DNA from: Carpediemonas membranifera BICM
Lineage: Eukaryota > Protista > Fornicata
Direction: 5' to 3'
NCBI GenBank assembly: GCA_019828565.1
Contig: JAHDYR010000008.1
Span: forward strand, 124,001-188,000
Length of the DNA: 64,000 bases
The first letter of the stretch is position 1. Each line of letters opens with the position of its first letter. The translations under genes were made by a program, and so were the position numbers. This document shows positions 48,242 to 60,146 of this stretch, piece by piece. Below the pieces are notes generated by a model. That model was not told the DNA's origin. It was given only the letters and a program-made list of their open reading frames with translations, and made no database searches.

Positions 48242-48903
48242 AGTATGACCTGTCTTGTTCTACAATTATCTACCAGTTGGAAAGACTTTACTAGCTGTCA
48301 CGCTCCATCAAGAGGCCGGTCGAGGGTTGCCCGCTCTTCCATGCTGTGTCAACCTTTCCACTCAAGAACGGAACCAGCCTCCGCCCCCGTTATATTCGTG
48401 TCTCATCAGTTTATCACCCACCAACCCCTCTCCTCTAGCATCAATTGATGTTGTTACAAAGGTGGCCTGTGTGAGAACGTCAACCTACCTCATGCCCGGC
48501 CTCGACATAGGTGGTGTGTCTAGCTGAAGCTGTCATTTGTTGTACGCACAGAGTTGTAGACCTTTCTTCGTTTCTATTCCGCCCCTGTACTCGCGCGAAG
48601 TGATGAAAGACACGATGAAAGAACAGAGCAAAGTAAGACTAGAAAAGAGCGCTAGCGAACAATGGCTCATGGAGATAGCTCGAAAGTAGAGATTACTCGA
48701 TAGCAGGTCATGGCAAGACGTTCTGAGTGGGCATTCGCAGGTTGGGTTCGCAGTCAGGAATCGCAGAATAAGACCATAATAAAAATCTTCAACAGGCCTT
48801 GTCCACCAGTCCTACGCCCTCTAACACCCCTGGGTCGCCCATCGCGTGGAGTCAGGTGAGTCGGCCAGTCCCGAGTACAGTGTTGTCAGAAGGCTCGTTC
48901 AGA

Positions 48904-50624
48904 ATGAATTTCACGCAGTGTTTGTTATTGTGGTCATTTCCAAGGTTTATGCAGTGTTAGAACTTCTTCTGAAGTACATCCGCGTGTGGGACGCCTTTTT
49001 GTACGTCGTTCACAAGCTTCGCTCTTCAAACGACCCGATGATGATCATTAGCCAGTGCTTACTTGGTGGATTCTGCCTCTGGGTATATTACATCCCTCAT
49101 ACTCTCACATAGATAGTTTTCCGCTTCCGCACACCACGCAAGCGCGACCTTCGCCCCGGCGACTTTGAAGACAGACTCACACAGTTCCGTGCCGGTCGCA
49201 ACCCTCTCGCTCCCAAGGCCAGACAGGTAGCCCAAGATGCATACACCATTGTCCGGCACGGTGGTCTCAATGATACAGATCCCCACATGAACATGACCAC
49301 TGTCGTCATCACCAGCCCGGATGAGGGTGAAAGGGCCGTAACGGACTTCAGCACGACTGATTTCATGCGTCAGTCGAGGAGTAAGGGGTCTCGTATCGCC
49401 GCTGAGGGCACCATTGCGGCGTTTGGAGTCGGGTCCTGTGGCCCCAGAGGCTTCTACGGCACGATCACCCCCCATATGGACCTCGAGAACCACATTGGTG
49501 AAGTCATGCGCAGTATGATTAACGAGCTGATTACCAAAACGGGGAAGAAGATGGCTCTCACCACTGACGAGTCCCACGCCGCCATTGCTTACTCCTTTGG
49601 CTACGCCACGATCTCTTCCGTCATCAGCGCCTTCGTGAAGCACCAGGACTACGTTGTCTACGATGAGGCGGCCCCCTCCTCCATCCAGACCGGAGTTAAC
49701 CTTTCCAAGTCTGCGCATGCCTGTGCATTCAGCAGCACAGCGGTGGAAGGTGGCAGGAAGCCGACGCTTGACGCTGCCATCGACAGGCTCGAGCGTGAGG
49801 CGGCTGTGCAGAAGGATGACAATTCTCACCTTCGCCGCAAGTTCATTGTCGTCGAGGGCATCAGCGCTCAGCGCGGCACCCTCGTAGACCTCCCCGCCGT
49901 CCTCGCTGTCGCCCGCAAGCACCACTGGCGCGTGCTCATCGATGATTCCTTCGCCATCGGCGTCCTCGGCGCCAAGGGCCGTGGTACGATCGAGCACTAC
50001 GCCGACCAGGGCCTGCTCTCGGACCCGGCGGTGGTGGAGTTCATCAGAGACTACGTGATGGTGACGTTTACCTTCAGCAACGCCCTCGGCTCCATTGGCG
50101 GCGCGTGTTTCGGCACGAAAGAGTCCGCGGAGTTCCAGACTCTCAACGGCCTCGGTTACATCTTCTCCGCCTCTGCCCCGCCGTACCTCTGCACCGTTGC
50201 CTCCCACTCCCTTCGTACGATCACGGACGAGTCCGAGGCCGACCTTGCGACTCTCAGAGAAAACGCAGTATATCTACAGGATAAGCTGGTGGACGCCGGT
50301 CTGGCAGTTGTCTCAGACCCCATCTGTCCCATGAAGGTCATAGAGATGCCGTTCCCCGGCAGCGTCCTCCCGCGCGGTGTCCGTGAAGCGGACGGCGACG
50401 ATCTGGCCAGGTTCGACGACGTACAGACCAGATATTCACGTGTATGCAAAACCATGAGAACCACTGGTGGGTACCTTGTCGACAGAACCGTGTTTAGCGA
50501 GCTTGACCCCCTTCCTTTGCCGGCGAGGAGCGGTGTGAAGGTCAACGTCAGCTCGAAACACAGCAAGAGTGAGATTGATGGGCTTGTGAGGAGTCTCAAA
50601 ATGGCATTGGATGCCGAGTTCTAA
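48904..50624 (+). CDS. LCB1: Serine palmitoyltransferase subunit 1 (30-nt intron 49083-49112; possible 35-nt intron 48920-48954)
   Basis: GVGSCGPRGFYGT, YSFGYATISSVISAF, IVVEGI, GYIFSASAPPYL. The N-terminal TM exon joins in frame. Start codon is tentative. Confidence 0.85.
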
Positions 50625-50738
50625 ACTGTACAGCTTCGATAGAATGATGGGATGATCGACAACGACTTTTTGAAAGATTTTTGATTAGTGCAGTTTTAGG
50701 TGTGTCCGGCAAGCAGCTTGCTTGAGAATTCCCATATC

Positions 50739-51174
50739 ATGAGCTCACAAGCGGGAACACAACCGACAGAAGATGCTACACAACAGGATAACAACGATAC
50801 TAGCATCGTTAGCCAGTCTGGAGAAGCTGTCGAGGGAAACGAAGTACTCACTGGCTTTCATCAGGATCTGCAGGCATTAGAGGAGCAAGCAAACGATCTA
50901 ATTCAGAGTATGTTTATTCTTGTCGCGATTTATCCAGATTTCCTGCAACAAGTGCAAGATGTTGTTGCCGAGATGGCCAACGCTGTCGTTCAAAGTCGCA
51001 ACGAGGCCACCAATGCGCGTGTGAGTCTCCACCCGCCCCAATCCTCTCACACAGTTCCAGTTCATCGGCCAGCTCGGCGAACTCTTCGCTGCCAACGCCA
51101 ACGTCGAGGCCGAGATCGCGCACATACGCGGACTCGCCTCCAACTTCTCCTCAGTCATCGCGCAGCCCCAATAA
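50739..51174 (+). CDS. Small helical hypothetical protein (34-nt intron 51021-51054)
   Basis: The GTGAGT...CACAG intron yields a natural-looking C-terminus ending at TAA 51172-51174. Confidence 0.55.
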
Positions 51175-51233
51175 AAGCCAACAGCCCATCTTCGCTGATA
51201 ATACACTTTACGTTATTAATATCAGCACCCTAT

Positions 51234-52233
51234 CTATGACATGAGCCGCGAGACCTCCGCTGCCCGATCATTCTCGCTCATACTCATCAACCGACGAATC
51301 ACGGCAACGATCTCACTCTCGGATACGTTAGGGAACACCTCTTTGAACTTTGCGACAGTTACAATGAACATTCGTCTCGCCTCGTCGCGGTCGTCCATGG
51401 CTGCTGGGACAAAATCAGGATCAGGGATCACATCAAGGACAGGTGACGGAGGCCGCGGTCCACGATGCATGGGGCTTGGGCTGGGATTATGAGAGTACAC
51501 TGGCCTCTGGGGGCGACCCATAGATGGCTCCGGACTAGAGTCGCCCTGCTTCAACCTGGGAAGACATGGGTCCGGCATATCAGAGCCGTAACCTGCGATC
51601 TCCGAGGACACGGGGGTGGGTACGGGGGCGGGGGGTGCGGCGGACGGCGGGGGAGGAGGGAAAGGAGGGGGTGGTGTGTGTGATGGCCGTGGGCGGACGC
51701 TGGGTGGGAGTCGGGCGGCCATATTGCGAAGGTGTGGCATACGGAGACGGCATCTTCTTCTGCACGGGCTGCGGAGCCCGTAGCCCGCTGTTGGGACTGG
51801 CCAGTGCGACGGGAGACTCGTGAGGGTCTCGGCCCATGCGGATGCGTTGGGCCGCAGAGGAGCTGGGCTGGGGCTTGCTTTGGGGTAGCTGACGGGTAGC
51901 ATGCGGTGTGGGGCGACTTTGAGGCATCTGGCTCAAGGAATTGCGGGCCACGGGCGGGGACCTCGATACTGGCGAATCAGGCCTCGGTTGGGAAGGCAAA
52001 GGATGTTCTGAAGAAGCATTCGAGTCGTAGGAAATAGGTTTGTACTGTATAGGCTTTGGACGCTGCTCGGCGTCCGCTCTTCCCTTCATGGGAGCAGGAT
52101 CAGCCTTAGGCGGCGAACGGCTCGGAGAACCGGGCGAAACGGACACCGCTCTGAAGCTTTGAAGGATAGATGTTATCTTTTTGAATGTTTGTGGCGTTGC
52201 ATGGATCCCTTCCCCAGACCAAGGCGCGGACAT
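51234..52233 (-). CDS. Proline-rich protein with a possible C-terminal CUE-like domain (split over two frames)
   Basis: Overlapping ORFs 51580-52233 and 51234-51902. KFKEVFPNVSESEIVAVI resembles CUE. Confidence 0.45.
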
Positions 52234-52399
52234 GGTTTTGGAGTCCAGGAGTGGGTGACACGGTCCCTCTTGTTCGGAAATTGAAGCGGAGTGATGGCTG
52301 GGGCTGGGGCAGTCGGTTGGCCTGCTGCGCCAGCCTCATCGGAAGTCTATAAAATGAAAGGATCATTTCGCCACGGCTCGTGGCAATTCTTGCAATAAT

Positions 52400-53209
52400 A
52401 TGCGGTTTCTAGCGACTAGTGATCTGCATTATCCGTGGGAGATGACTAGAATGACCTTCTTACGAGAGAACGGATACTCTGAGCAGCTTTATACATCCGA
52501 TTTCGCCATTTGCCGCGAAGACGCGGACTTTGACGCCTTTCTCGGAGTTGGAGACTACTTCTGGGACGTTACCAAACTAGGTGGAAGCCACATGCAGCGC
52601 CTCATCTCCTTCCCCGTCATTCTCGGCAACGTGTTCCGCTTCATCAGAACACTACCTGTTTCCAAGCCCAAACTCTTCGTCGCAGGCAACCACGACTGGT
52701 GGATTGAGCAGAAAGTTGTCCAGCATGTCGAAGATATCGACGGTACCGCTTCTGGTGTCATCATTTCGATTGAAATACTCCGCCGACACCATCCCGAGGC
52801 CCCCGCCGAGCTTTGGAAGGACATGACGAAAGCATGCGCCAGGGAACTTGGCGTGAAAGCTCAGCGTGACGGCTCCTTATTCCTAGATATCCCTAATGTC
52901 TTCTTTCTCAATGGGTCAGCCGCAGTTGTTGGTGATGTCGCTGTTATCGGCGCATCAGATCCCACCCACATCACAGCAGCCTTTGAATCACTCAAAAGCA
53001 TGGCTAGGTTACCCCGCACTGTTATTGCCGCCGTCCATGCTCCAGGCAACGTGACGGCGGGACTGAGGGCGGTAGACAGCCTCAGTCCCGCGCCAGTGGG
53101 TCTCATGGTGTATGGCCACTACCATAGCTCCACACCATCTAGGGTTGGTCGGGTGAGGAGTGTCATGTTGGAGCATAACGGGTTCAAGTTCGTGCCCCTG
53201 GACGTGTGA
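52400..53209 (+). CDS. Calcineurin-like metallophosphoesterase
   Basis: SDLH, GD, GNHD, H and GHYH motifs in order. Confidence 0.9.
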   Translation: MRFLATSDLHYPWEMTRMTFLRENGYSEQLYTSDFAICREDADFDAFLGVGDYFWDVTKLGGSHMQRLISFPVILGNVFRFIRTLPVSKPKLFVAGNHDWWIEQKVVQHVEDIDGTASGVIISIEILRRHHPEAPAELWKDMTKACARELGVKAQRDGSLFLDIPNVFFLNGSAAVVGDVAVIGASDPTHITAAFESLKSMARLPRTVIAAVHAPGNVTAGLRAVDSLSPAPVGLMVYGHYHSSTPSRVGRVRSVMLEHNGFKFVPLDV

Positions 53210-53735
53210 TGGGCGCTGTTTTGTCATAGCGGGGGTGGTTGGCCGTTGTAGTAACACCTGAACGATGGGCTTGGTCAGGCAGGCTTTGGTCCGAGTGCCA
53301 TGCTTGCCGTTAAAATGTCTTGCTGGTAGACGTCGTCGATGGGTGGGGTGACGGATGTGAGTGGAAGCATAAGCACTAAAATTGTGGCTTGATATCTGAT
53401 ACTTTACCTTCCAATTACCTACCATACTCATATCGTGTCGAGGACCTACATGGAAACATACTGACAATCACACGACCTCACCACAGACTGCGGAGACTTC
53501 TCCAGACAACAACGGGTCTGGTAGCCTTACCATGGGCCAGGCAAACAGCGCGGGCTTCGTTACCGTGCAAAGCCTGATGGAAATCTGACCAGTTTAACCG
53601 GGACAGGCTGCTGAGCAAGACAAGGTCAGCGGCCCTGGCATGCACAGTGAGACGTTCAGACGGTCATTATATGTCTTGCCATTCCAACTGTCATCTCGAG
53701 ATCGAGGTTGATCTCGAATCATTTCGTTCGAGCTC

Positions 53736-56700
53736 ATGAGAGGCCCTCAAAGGTGCTCCGGGCCTAGTTTGAGCGTGAAGGTTCATTCTAGAATCTCTTT
53801 GAACCGAGTGCCCCGAAATGCATTCCTGTTTTGCTCCTTCATGCTCTTCTTTTTGGTGGAAGCATCCATATGCGCTCCTCTAGTGGAGGAAACGTGCCCA
53901 TCCACTGTCACATGGGTTAATGAGACCTTTATCGGCTCTATTTCCTTCCCCTCGAACGAAGAACATGTATACTCAGCCTCTTCGACATGCACATGGAAAA
54001 TACAGCCCGATCCCAACCAGCTGGCCCCTGGAGATGAGATTCACGGCATCTGCACGGCGTTCACTCGGCTAAACGTCGAGCGGTTCTACGACATCGTCCG
54101 TGTTTGCGGCGCCACTGAGTCTGGCGCCCTTGACGAGGACAACTGCCACGAGTATAGCGGGCTCTACGACCTGCCCACGCCTCAGTGCTTCGACTCGCCC
54201 GTCGTGTTCGTCCAGTTCGAAGCTGACCGCGGCATGAACTACCACGGGTTCTCGTTGGACTACTACACCAACGTCACGTCGTCCGGAACGGTGTGTGATC
54301 GTCAGCTTGTCATGACCGGTACGACGGTCGACTTCGACTTCACCACGGCCAGCCTGACTGCGGGAGACTCTGTCGACTGCACTTGGGTCTTCCTGACGAC
54401 GAGGGCGAACAACACGGCCGGAGTCTACTTCAAGGAGGGTTCGTCCTCTAGTGGCCGGACCGACCTTGTGTCTTTCGTCAACAGCGGCGCATACGCCCTC
54501 GAGAACATGCTCGCCCCCCGCCAGACACACGCCAAGGCCGTCACGGTCAGCGTGGAGCTGCCGTCGTACACACCAGGGTCCAACGACGTGACCATCGTCG
54601 GCGAGTTCATCTCCCTGACAAACTACGACATCACCCCCATGGACAGCTTCGGCACGCTCGTTGATTGCTCCTCAACGGCCGACCAGACCCGTCTGTGCGC
54701 TGTTGAGCTCAGTAACAACCTATCAAGCTCGACATTCGGGTCGGTACAGGTGCGGCGGCTTGGCGTGGAGTTCTACCAACAAACGTGGGACGAGACCTTC
54801 TTGATTAGCTCAGAATATTCGGGATGTGACGCGTGGACTGGCCCCATGATCGGCTTCAGGCGGGGTGCTCTCATCCATGTCCAACACACGGAAGGCAACG
54901 CTGGATTGTACAGCGGCTGGGTCTTCGCTCGGTTCAATGAGACAGACGACGGCCTTGTCTACGTATCCGACTGGCCCGACGATATTGCTCGGTATTCGGC
55001 GCACTACGACACTACGACGCTCACGCTCAGCTCGATGATGGCAGTCCCCAACACAAACGTCGATAGGTTCGCCGGCACTGGCCAGGGCGTGTTGCCGTCG
55101 ACCGTGGCGATGCTTTACACCTCGTCGCTGCTGTTGGCGTACCCCATGATGTTCAACGACACGGACCCCCTGTACGCCTTCCCCACCGGTCTCGGCCACC
55201 CCCAGCTGCTCAGGCTGCCCAGTGCTCTTCAGCCTAAGGAGATATCGATGACGGAGAAGGTCATCGCGGTCACGGGATGCTATGGCGACGACAACATCCC
55301 AGAGATGTACCTCTTCGCCCGCAACTCAACCGACTCGGCCGGTGGTTTCGTCGACGCCGGGTACTTCAAGCCCATTGCCGACTACACCGCCACTGCATGC
55401 GAGGTGATGCCGGTACAGATCGAATATGACGAGGAAAACGGCCTTACGTATGTCGGGTTGGGTGTACCAAATATGAACAGACTCGACGTCATTGTCATCG
55501 ACGAGTTCTGGGAGACAGATATCGAGGTCGAGGTCGGCCATTGCATCGTCGATCACTACGTCGTCGAGGGCGACGGGTCAATCAAGGTCGGCCGGGAGCC
55601 AAATCCTTCAAGAACGGGAGATATGGCGTATGATATGCTTTCGTACGACATGGCCGGCAAGCGGGTGCTCTTTTACAACGTCGAGAACGTTGTCAACGAT
55701 CGCCGCGCCCTGCCCCCGACGTCGAGTGTGTACTGCCCCCCGGCCCCCGCCACATGCCACGTCGACGCGGCCAGCGCCATCGCGTACGCCCACCCCAACC
55801 GCTTCCTGAACCCCGGCATCCTGGACGAGTACACCGCGCACCCCACGATCATGTGGAGCAACGGGTCTCTGCTGCTCCATACGAGCACGTTCAGGCTGAG
55901 TGAGGTCGATTACCTCATTCACTCGCCTAAGGAATACGACTGCTTCGCCGGTACCCACCGCAGCGAGCAGTACTTCGGCGCCTGCGTCTTCTGTGACCCG
56001 CACACCTTCAGCCCCTTCGGAGAGGACGCTTGCCACGCCTGCACAGACGAGCAGTACTGTCCGGCCGGGGCGTACGCGCCGCTGACGTACTCCGCGCTGG
56101 TGAACGGTACCAGGACGCATAGCCTCGGCATTCCCAGTGAAACTGCGGTCGACTTCAGCTCCTGGGTCATCGACAAGGCCAGCGATTTCGCCGAGCTGAC
56201 CGTTATTGTCACCGTCCTGGTCGCCTTGTTCTACTGTGGTTGCATCTGCTCGTGCTGTATGGTGTTAGAGTCCATCGCGGTCCTCTACATCCACGTCATC
56301 AAGGACCAGGACCGCTTCAAGTCCAAGTGGCACCCCATGCGCTGGTTCGAGGCAGCCCATTCGGCCTTCATCTCGTTTGCACGGCCACTGGATTTAGCGA
56401 AGGAGAAGTTTGTGCCGTTTAACGTCAACCAGGCGACGACGAGATCCAGAAACGGGTACTACGTCTCGTCTCGAGGCAACTGCACCGGCTTTCTGATGAC
56501 TCCATTCTTTGGTATCATTCTCGCGTATCTTTTGATTTACGCCGGTCTCTTTTTCCGTTCATACACTTCTGACGCGTCCAGCAACGAGAGCAACGCCGTT
56601 GTCTCTACTGAACAGCTTAAGCGGTCGTTTATTGATTCAGCCACAACTACTTTGCTCGACTTCGACACTGATCTCGGCTATACATTATACGTGAAACTCA

Positions 56701-57560
56701 TGTATTTCGCTGACATGACTTGTTCCGGCCAGTGCATCGAGTCGCTCACCTCGACTGGCTGCTTCACGAACAACGTGCCATGCCAGGATCTCGACTACCA
56801 CTGCATCGGCGAGTATGTCGACGGTGACCCCGACAAGGGCGGCAACTGTACCATCGTCGTCGAGATCCCCGGCATCGCGCTTCAGTCGACTGCCCAGCTT
56901 GCCGTCGACTTCGGAAGCATTTACACCGAGGCTGTTGAGATCACCGTCGGCCACCGCGTGCTTGGCTGGGAGTCTGTGAGTGATGGGGCGACTGACGCGA
57001 GTGATGCCGCGACTCCGGATGGTATCATCGAGATCAACACGACCGATATGATCCACTTCAGCAAGACAAGCTCCGTATCTCTTTACAATGGAAGCGTCAT
57101 GGCGGGTGATGCAAGTCGCGAGTGGACCAACACGCCTAGTGCTCGTAGGATCCAGCACGCCGACCTGACGGGCACCCGGTTCAGAGAGAGCGCCATGTCA
57201 TCGTTCGATTTCACCCCCAAACCGTCCTTTGACTCGCAGACGACTACTGACTACATCATTTCCGAGTCCGTGCCGATGAGAGTCATTCTAGACCTCGAGA
57301 CGAACATCCCAGTTGCTCTAACGACCAAGTCGCGGGTTCTCAACATTTCTGGTGTCATTACCGCGCTGTTTGTGACCGTCTTTGCAGTTTACAAGGCCTA
57401 TGTAGGTGTGTTGGTCGCTGCAAAGTATTTCGTCTCTAATGGTCGCCAGCTTCTCAAGGTTGTCACAGCCAAGGTCAAGGGACGCTCGTCACCATATTCT
57501 GGGATGTCGACGTCGAACCCCTTGACGAGGTCGCCCTCGGCGGTGTTGGCTACATTCTGA
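53736..57560 (+). CDS. CUB-domain, Cys-rich multi-pass surface protein
   Basis: C...GSISFP....YS.SSTCTWKI...F....VE..YD.V...F.AD.....HGF (CUB), a Cys-rich repeat and ~3 TM segments. The start may be 53841. Confidence 0.8.
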   Translation: MRGPQRCSGPSLSVKVHSRISLNRVPRNAFLFCSFMLFFLVEASICAPLVEETCPSTVTWVNETFIGSISFPSNEEHVYSASSTCTWKIQPDPNQLAPGDEIHGICTAFTRLNVERFYDIVRVCGATESGALDEDNCHEYSGLYDLPTPQCFDSPVVFVQFEADRGMNYHGFSLDYYTNVTSSGTVCDRQLVMTGTTVDFDFTTASLTAGDSVDCTWVFLTTRANNTAGVYFKEGSSSSGRTDLVSFVNSGAYALENMLAPRQTHAKAVTVSVELPSYTPGSNDVTIVGEFISLTNYDITPMDSFGTLVDCSSTADQTRLCAVELSNNLSSSTFGSVQVRRLGVEFYQQTWDETFLISSEYSGCDAWTGPMIGFRRGALIHVQHTEGNAGLYSGWVFARFNETDDGLVYVSDWPDDIARYSAHYDTTTLTLSSMMAVPNTNVDRFAGTGQGVLPSTVAMLYTSSLLLAYPMMFNDTDPLYAFPTGLGHPQLLRLPSALQPKEISMTEKVIAVTGCYGDDNIPEMYLFARNSTDSAGGFVDAGYFKPIADYTATACEVMPVQIEYDEENGLTYVGLGVPNMNRLDVIVIDEFWETDIEVEVGHCIVDHYVVEGDGSIKVGREPNPSRTGDMAYDMLSYDMAGKRVLFYNVENVVNDRRALPPTSSVYCPPAPATCHVDAASAIAYAHPNRFLNPGILDEYTAHPTIMWSNGSLLLHTSTFRLSEVDYLIHSPKEYDCFAGTHRSEQYFGACVFCDPHTFSPFGEDACHACTDEQYCPAGAYAPLTYSALVNGTRTHSLGIPSETAVDFSSWVIDKASDFAELTVIVTVLVALFYCGCICSCCMVLESIAVLYIHVIKDQDRFKSKWHPMRWFEAAHSAFISFARPLDLAKEKFVPFNVNQATTRSRNGYYVSSRGNCTGFLMTPFFGIILAYLLIYAGLFFRSYTSDASSNESNAVVSTEQLKRSFIDSATTTLLDFDTDLGYTLYVKLMYFADMTCSGQCIESLTSTGCFTNNVPCQDLDYHCIGEYVDGDPDKGGNCTIVVEIPGIALQSTAQLAVDFGSIYTEAVEITVGHRVLGWESVSDGATDASDAATPDGIIEINTTDMIHFSKTSSVSLYNGSVMAGDASREWTNTPSARRIQHADLTGTRFRESAMSSFDFTPKPSFDSQTTTDYIISESVPMRVILDLETNIPVALTTKSRVLNISGVITALFVTVFAVYKAYVGVLVAAKYFVSNGRQLLKVVTAKVKGRSSPYSGMSTSNPLTRSPSAVLATF

Positions 57561-57581
57561 GATTCAGGGTATTTCACGGAT

Positions 57582-59291
57582 TTAGCAGAACGTGATTCTA
57601 TTGCGGATAAAGGCACGCTCTAATTCACTTGTTTCCGGCAGGCTTTCAACACTCGCTGATTCATCGACAGAAACCCGTCTGACCTGCCGTTTGAATTCAT
57701 CATTTGGTCCCTCTCCGTCAGGGAGTCGACGGAGCTCTGCCCCTTCCTCTAAAGATACGGTCACCCAACCCCCCGAGCTATCCATGAAGCACGGCTTCGA
57801 ATCCCTGTAAGAAAACTCGATTGCTTCGAATGGAAGCGTGAAGACGCCGCAATGACGATCAACGCACGTTGTTTCACTGATGGAAGACCAGCAAATTCGG
57901 TTGAAGTCGACATAGAATCGGATTACAGCTGTAGGGAAGCACAGTGGTGTCGCAGTAATGCATTTTCCTCCACATTCATGGCTTGGCAGAAGGCCAGACT
58001 TCTCGAGAATGCCGGAAACTTCACCTGCAAACAAAATTTGCCGGTCGCTTATAAAATAGTTGTCCTGGTAGCTGGAATGATAGATATCATAGACCCTGAA
58101 TGGAAGATCGACAAGACCGCTCATTGAGCCGCAATGCCCCAGACCGAGGCGACCGTCGTAGTTGTCGCCAGATATAAGTTGTCTGAATGGATCTGTTTGT
58201 GTCACAATCTTGAAGGACCCGCCGGATATGATTTGATCGGGAACGAAGCCTTGGGGGCACGGGACGGTATTGAACACGCGAGAGTCGACCGCATCCTCAA
58301 TATACTGGGATACGGTTCGACCAACCATGACTAGACCCACCGGTGTCAAAAGGAATGTGTCAAACCGCCCGATTGTGACATCAGTGACAAGTTCATTCTT
58401 GTGCCATACCGGCAGGCCGGCCTCGAACTCTGTGACACGGGGGCAAGCTTGGAATGTGAGACGTGTGGGAACTCGAATGACAGATGAGAGCATGCCGAGA
58501 AGGGTCCCTGACCCAGTACCATAAATACCCCTTGGAGTTACGTAAATGCAGGTCGACCCATCGTAAGTGAAGTGCTCCATCACTGGAGGCAGCCTCAGCT
58601 GCGTGTAGTAGCAGTCCTTGGGCCTGTAGCTGTGCGATCGAATGAACACTCTGCCGCTGTATTGCCTTGTCGAGCATGTCTGGTGAGATGAGTGCCGCCC
58701 GTCCATCTCGGCAACAGTATGGGTAAAGAAGGTCTTCTTGCACAGAAACCAGAGTTGCTTGGATGCGTTGGACGCTTTTTGCTGCTTTTCCTGGTCAAGA
58801 AGGTCGGGGTTGGCTCCACTCGCCATCATCACGGCCCACAGCGTGCCTTGTAGCAGGGTGTGCATGGCGGTTGGCAGCTCCTGCCCTTCCGTGAGCTCAA
58901 CGTTCATGGAGAGCTGGGGGCCGTCTGTGAGGATCGAGCGGGCGCGGTCGAGGAGGCGTTGAGCGTTTGGTTTGAGAAGGGGAATGGCCCTGAGCATTGC
59001 AAGGAGTTTTGTTGCTGTCGGTTCGGCTTCGCCATCAATACGGTTCATATATGGTCGCATACTCCTCATATTCCGCTGAAAGTGTTCATTGAATGCATGA
59101 GTGATAAGCGATGGAATATCTCCAGCAACTGTTGCTGTCGCGACAGTTGAATAGCGATACGCGTCTATAATGTCTTCTTCAAGACTTGTATCATTGTCCA
59201 ACGAACTTAAATCCTGCTTCCAGCGATTCATCTGCACGTCAGTTTCAGAGCGACCCAACCTCACGAGGTCGAATGGCAGCAGACGGTTCAA
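57582..59291 (-). CDS. RCC1/BLIP-II-like repeat family protein
   Basis: ISGDNYDGRLGLGH. Intact 569-aa paralogue of the pseudogene at 18785-20356. Confidence 0.7.
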   Translation of the reverse strand: MNRLLPFDLVRLGRSETDVQMNRWKQDLSSLDNDTSLEEDIIDAYRYSTVATATVAGDIPSLITHAFNEHFQRNMRSMRPYMNRIDGEAEPTATKLLAMLRAIPLLKPNAQRLLDRARSILTDGPQLSMNVELTEGQELPTAMHTLLQGTLWAVMMASGANPDLLDQEKQQKASNASKQLWFLCKKTFFTHTVAEMDGRHSSHQTCSTRQYSGRVFIRSHSYRPKDCYYTQLRLPPVMEHFTYDGSTCIYVTPRGIYGTGSGTLLGMLSSVIRVPTRLTFQACPRVTEFEAGLPVWHKNELVTDVTIGRFDTFLLTPVGLVMVGRTVSQYIEDAVDSRVFNTVPCPQGFVPDQIISGGSFKIVTQTDPFRQLISGDNYDGRLGLGHCGSMSGLVDLPFRVYDIYHSSYQDNYFISDRQILFAGEVSGILEKSGLLPSHECGGKCITATPLCFPTAVIRFYVDFNRICWSSISETTCVDRHCGVFTLPFEAIEFSYRDSKPCFMDSSGGWVTVSLEEGAELRRLPDGEGPNDEFKRQVRRVSVDESASVESLPETSELERAFIRNRITFC

Positions 59292-59717
59292 TAGTGTCCC
59301 TTCTTGCGTGGAGCTCCTCTAAGTGCCCATTACTACCGTGTTACACTCGAACTGTTGCCCATGGATCAATGTCTGCTTGAACGATGGTCTGGATGAATGA
59401 ATGGTCGGGTCAGTCGCCTCGTACTCCTCCACCTCGGCCAGGCCGTGCGAAACATCAGATGCCGTGAACCACTGGCCAGTCTGGTCACAGAAATTGTGTG
59501 AACGCGTCTGCTGCCAACGGAAGGGTGAAGGTATGGCCGTCGTCGGTCAGAGCACATAGGCCGTTCTTCGGCGTTCTCCGGCGATCGACTCTGGCGGGGA
59601 GACCTCACATGCCTCGTCTCACCATGCCGCATCGCAAGCACTGCAAAGTGTCGCACTCATGACCTCGCGGGTCTGGCCCCGTCCGTCTTCTCGAAGGGGG
59701 CAGCTGACCCCGCCCTC

Positions 59718-59877
59718 AGCGAGGCATTATGACTAGTGGTGTACGTTTGCTGCTTTTGAGAATAGCTGCATGTCATATCAGACATGTCATTACTGTTGCC
59801 ATACAGTGGTCAAGGATGGTCAGCGATTGAGACCATCACAGCACTGGCTGGGGTAGCAGGAGGCGAGGGTGTGTGAG
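59718..59877 (-). repeat. Conserved upstream block, copy 2 (homeobox reduced to ATG-CCT-CGC-TGA)
   Basis: Near-identical to 21343-21502, same orientation, offset 38375. Confidence 0.9.
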
Positions 59878-60146
59878 AGGAATATACCAGGGCGGCCTTC
59901 TGTCTTTTGGCCATCAAAAGTGCACCCTGCTACTCCGCCACCTCATTCCCACATGTCTGCCCCGTTCTCTTTGTCACGACAACATGACTCCCCCTGTCGA
60001 ATCAGCCATCGCGATCGACCCCCGCCGAGTGTGACCAATGAGCTGCCTCCTTGCCGTCCTTGGTCTCGTCTCACTGAGTCGTTGCTCCCTTTTCCGTCCC
60101 ATCGCCAGTGCCCAAGGTCTATATTTATCGTATTAATACAATCCCC

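Noticed and set aside
48600-48726. Possible C/D snoRNA (GTGATGA...CTGA)
   Set aside because: No adjacent terminal stem or identifiable rRNA guide. Such short boxes occur by chance.
27789-50207. Long antisense ORFs (27789-28568, 32216-33274, 39333-40085, 49059-50207)
   Set aside because: They mirror well-supported genes in GC3-rich DNA and have no recognisable domains.
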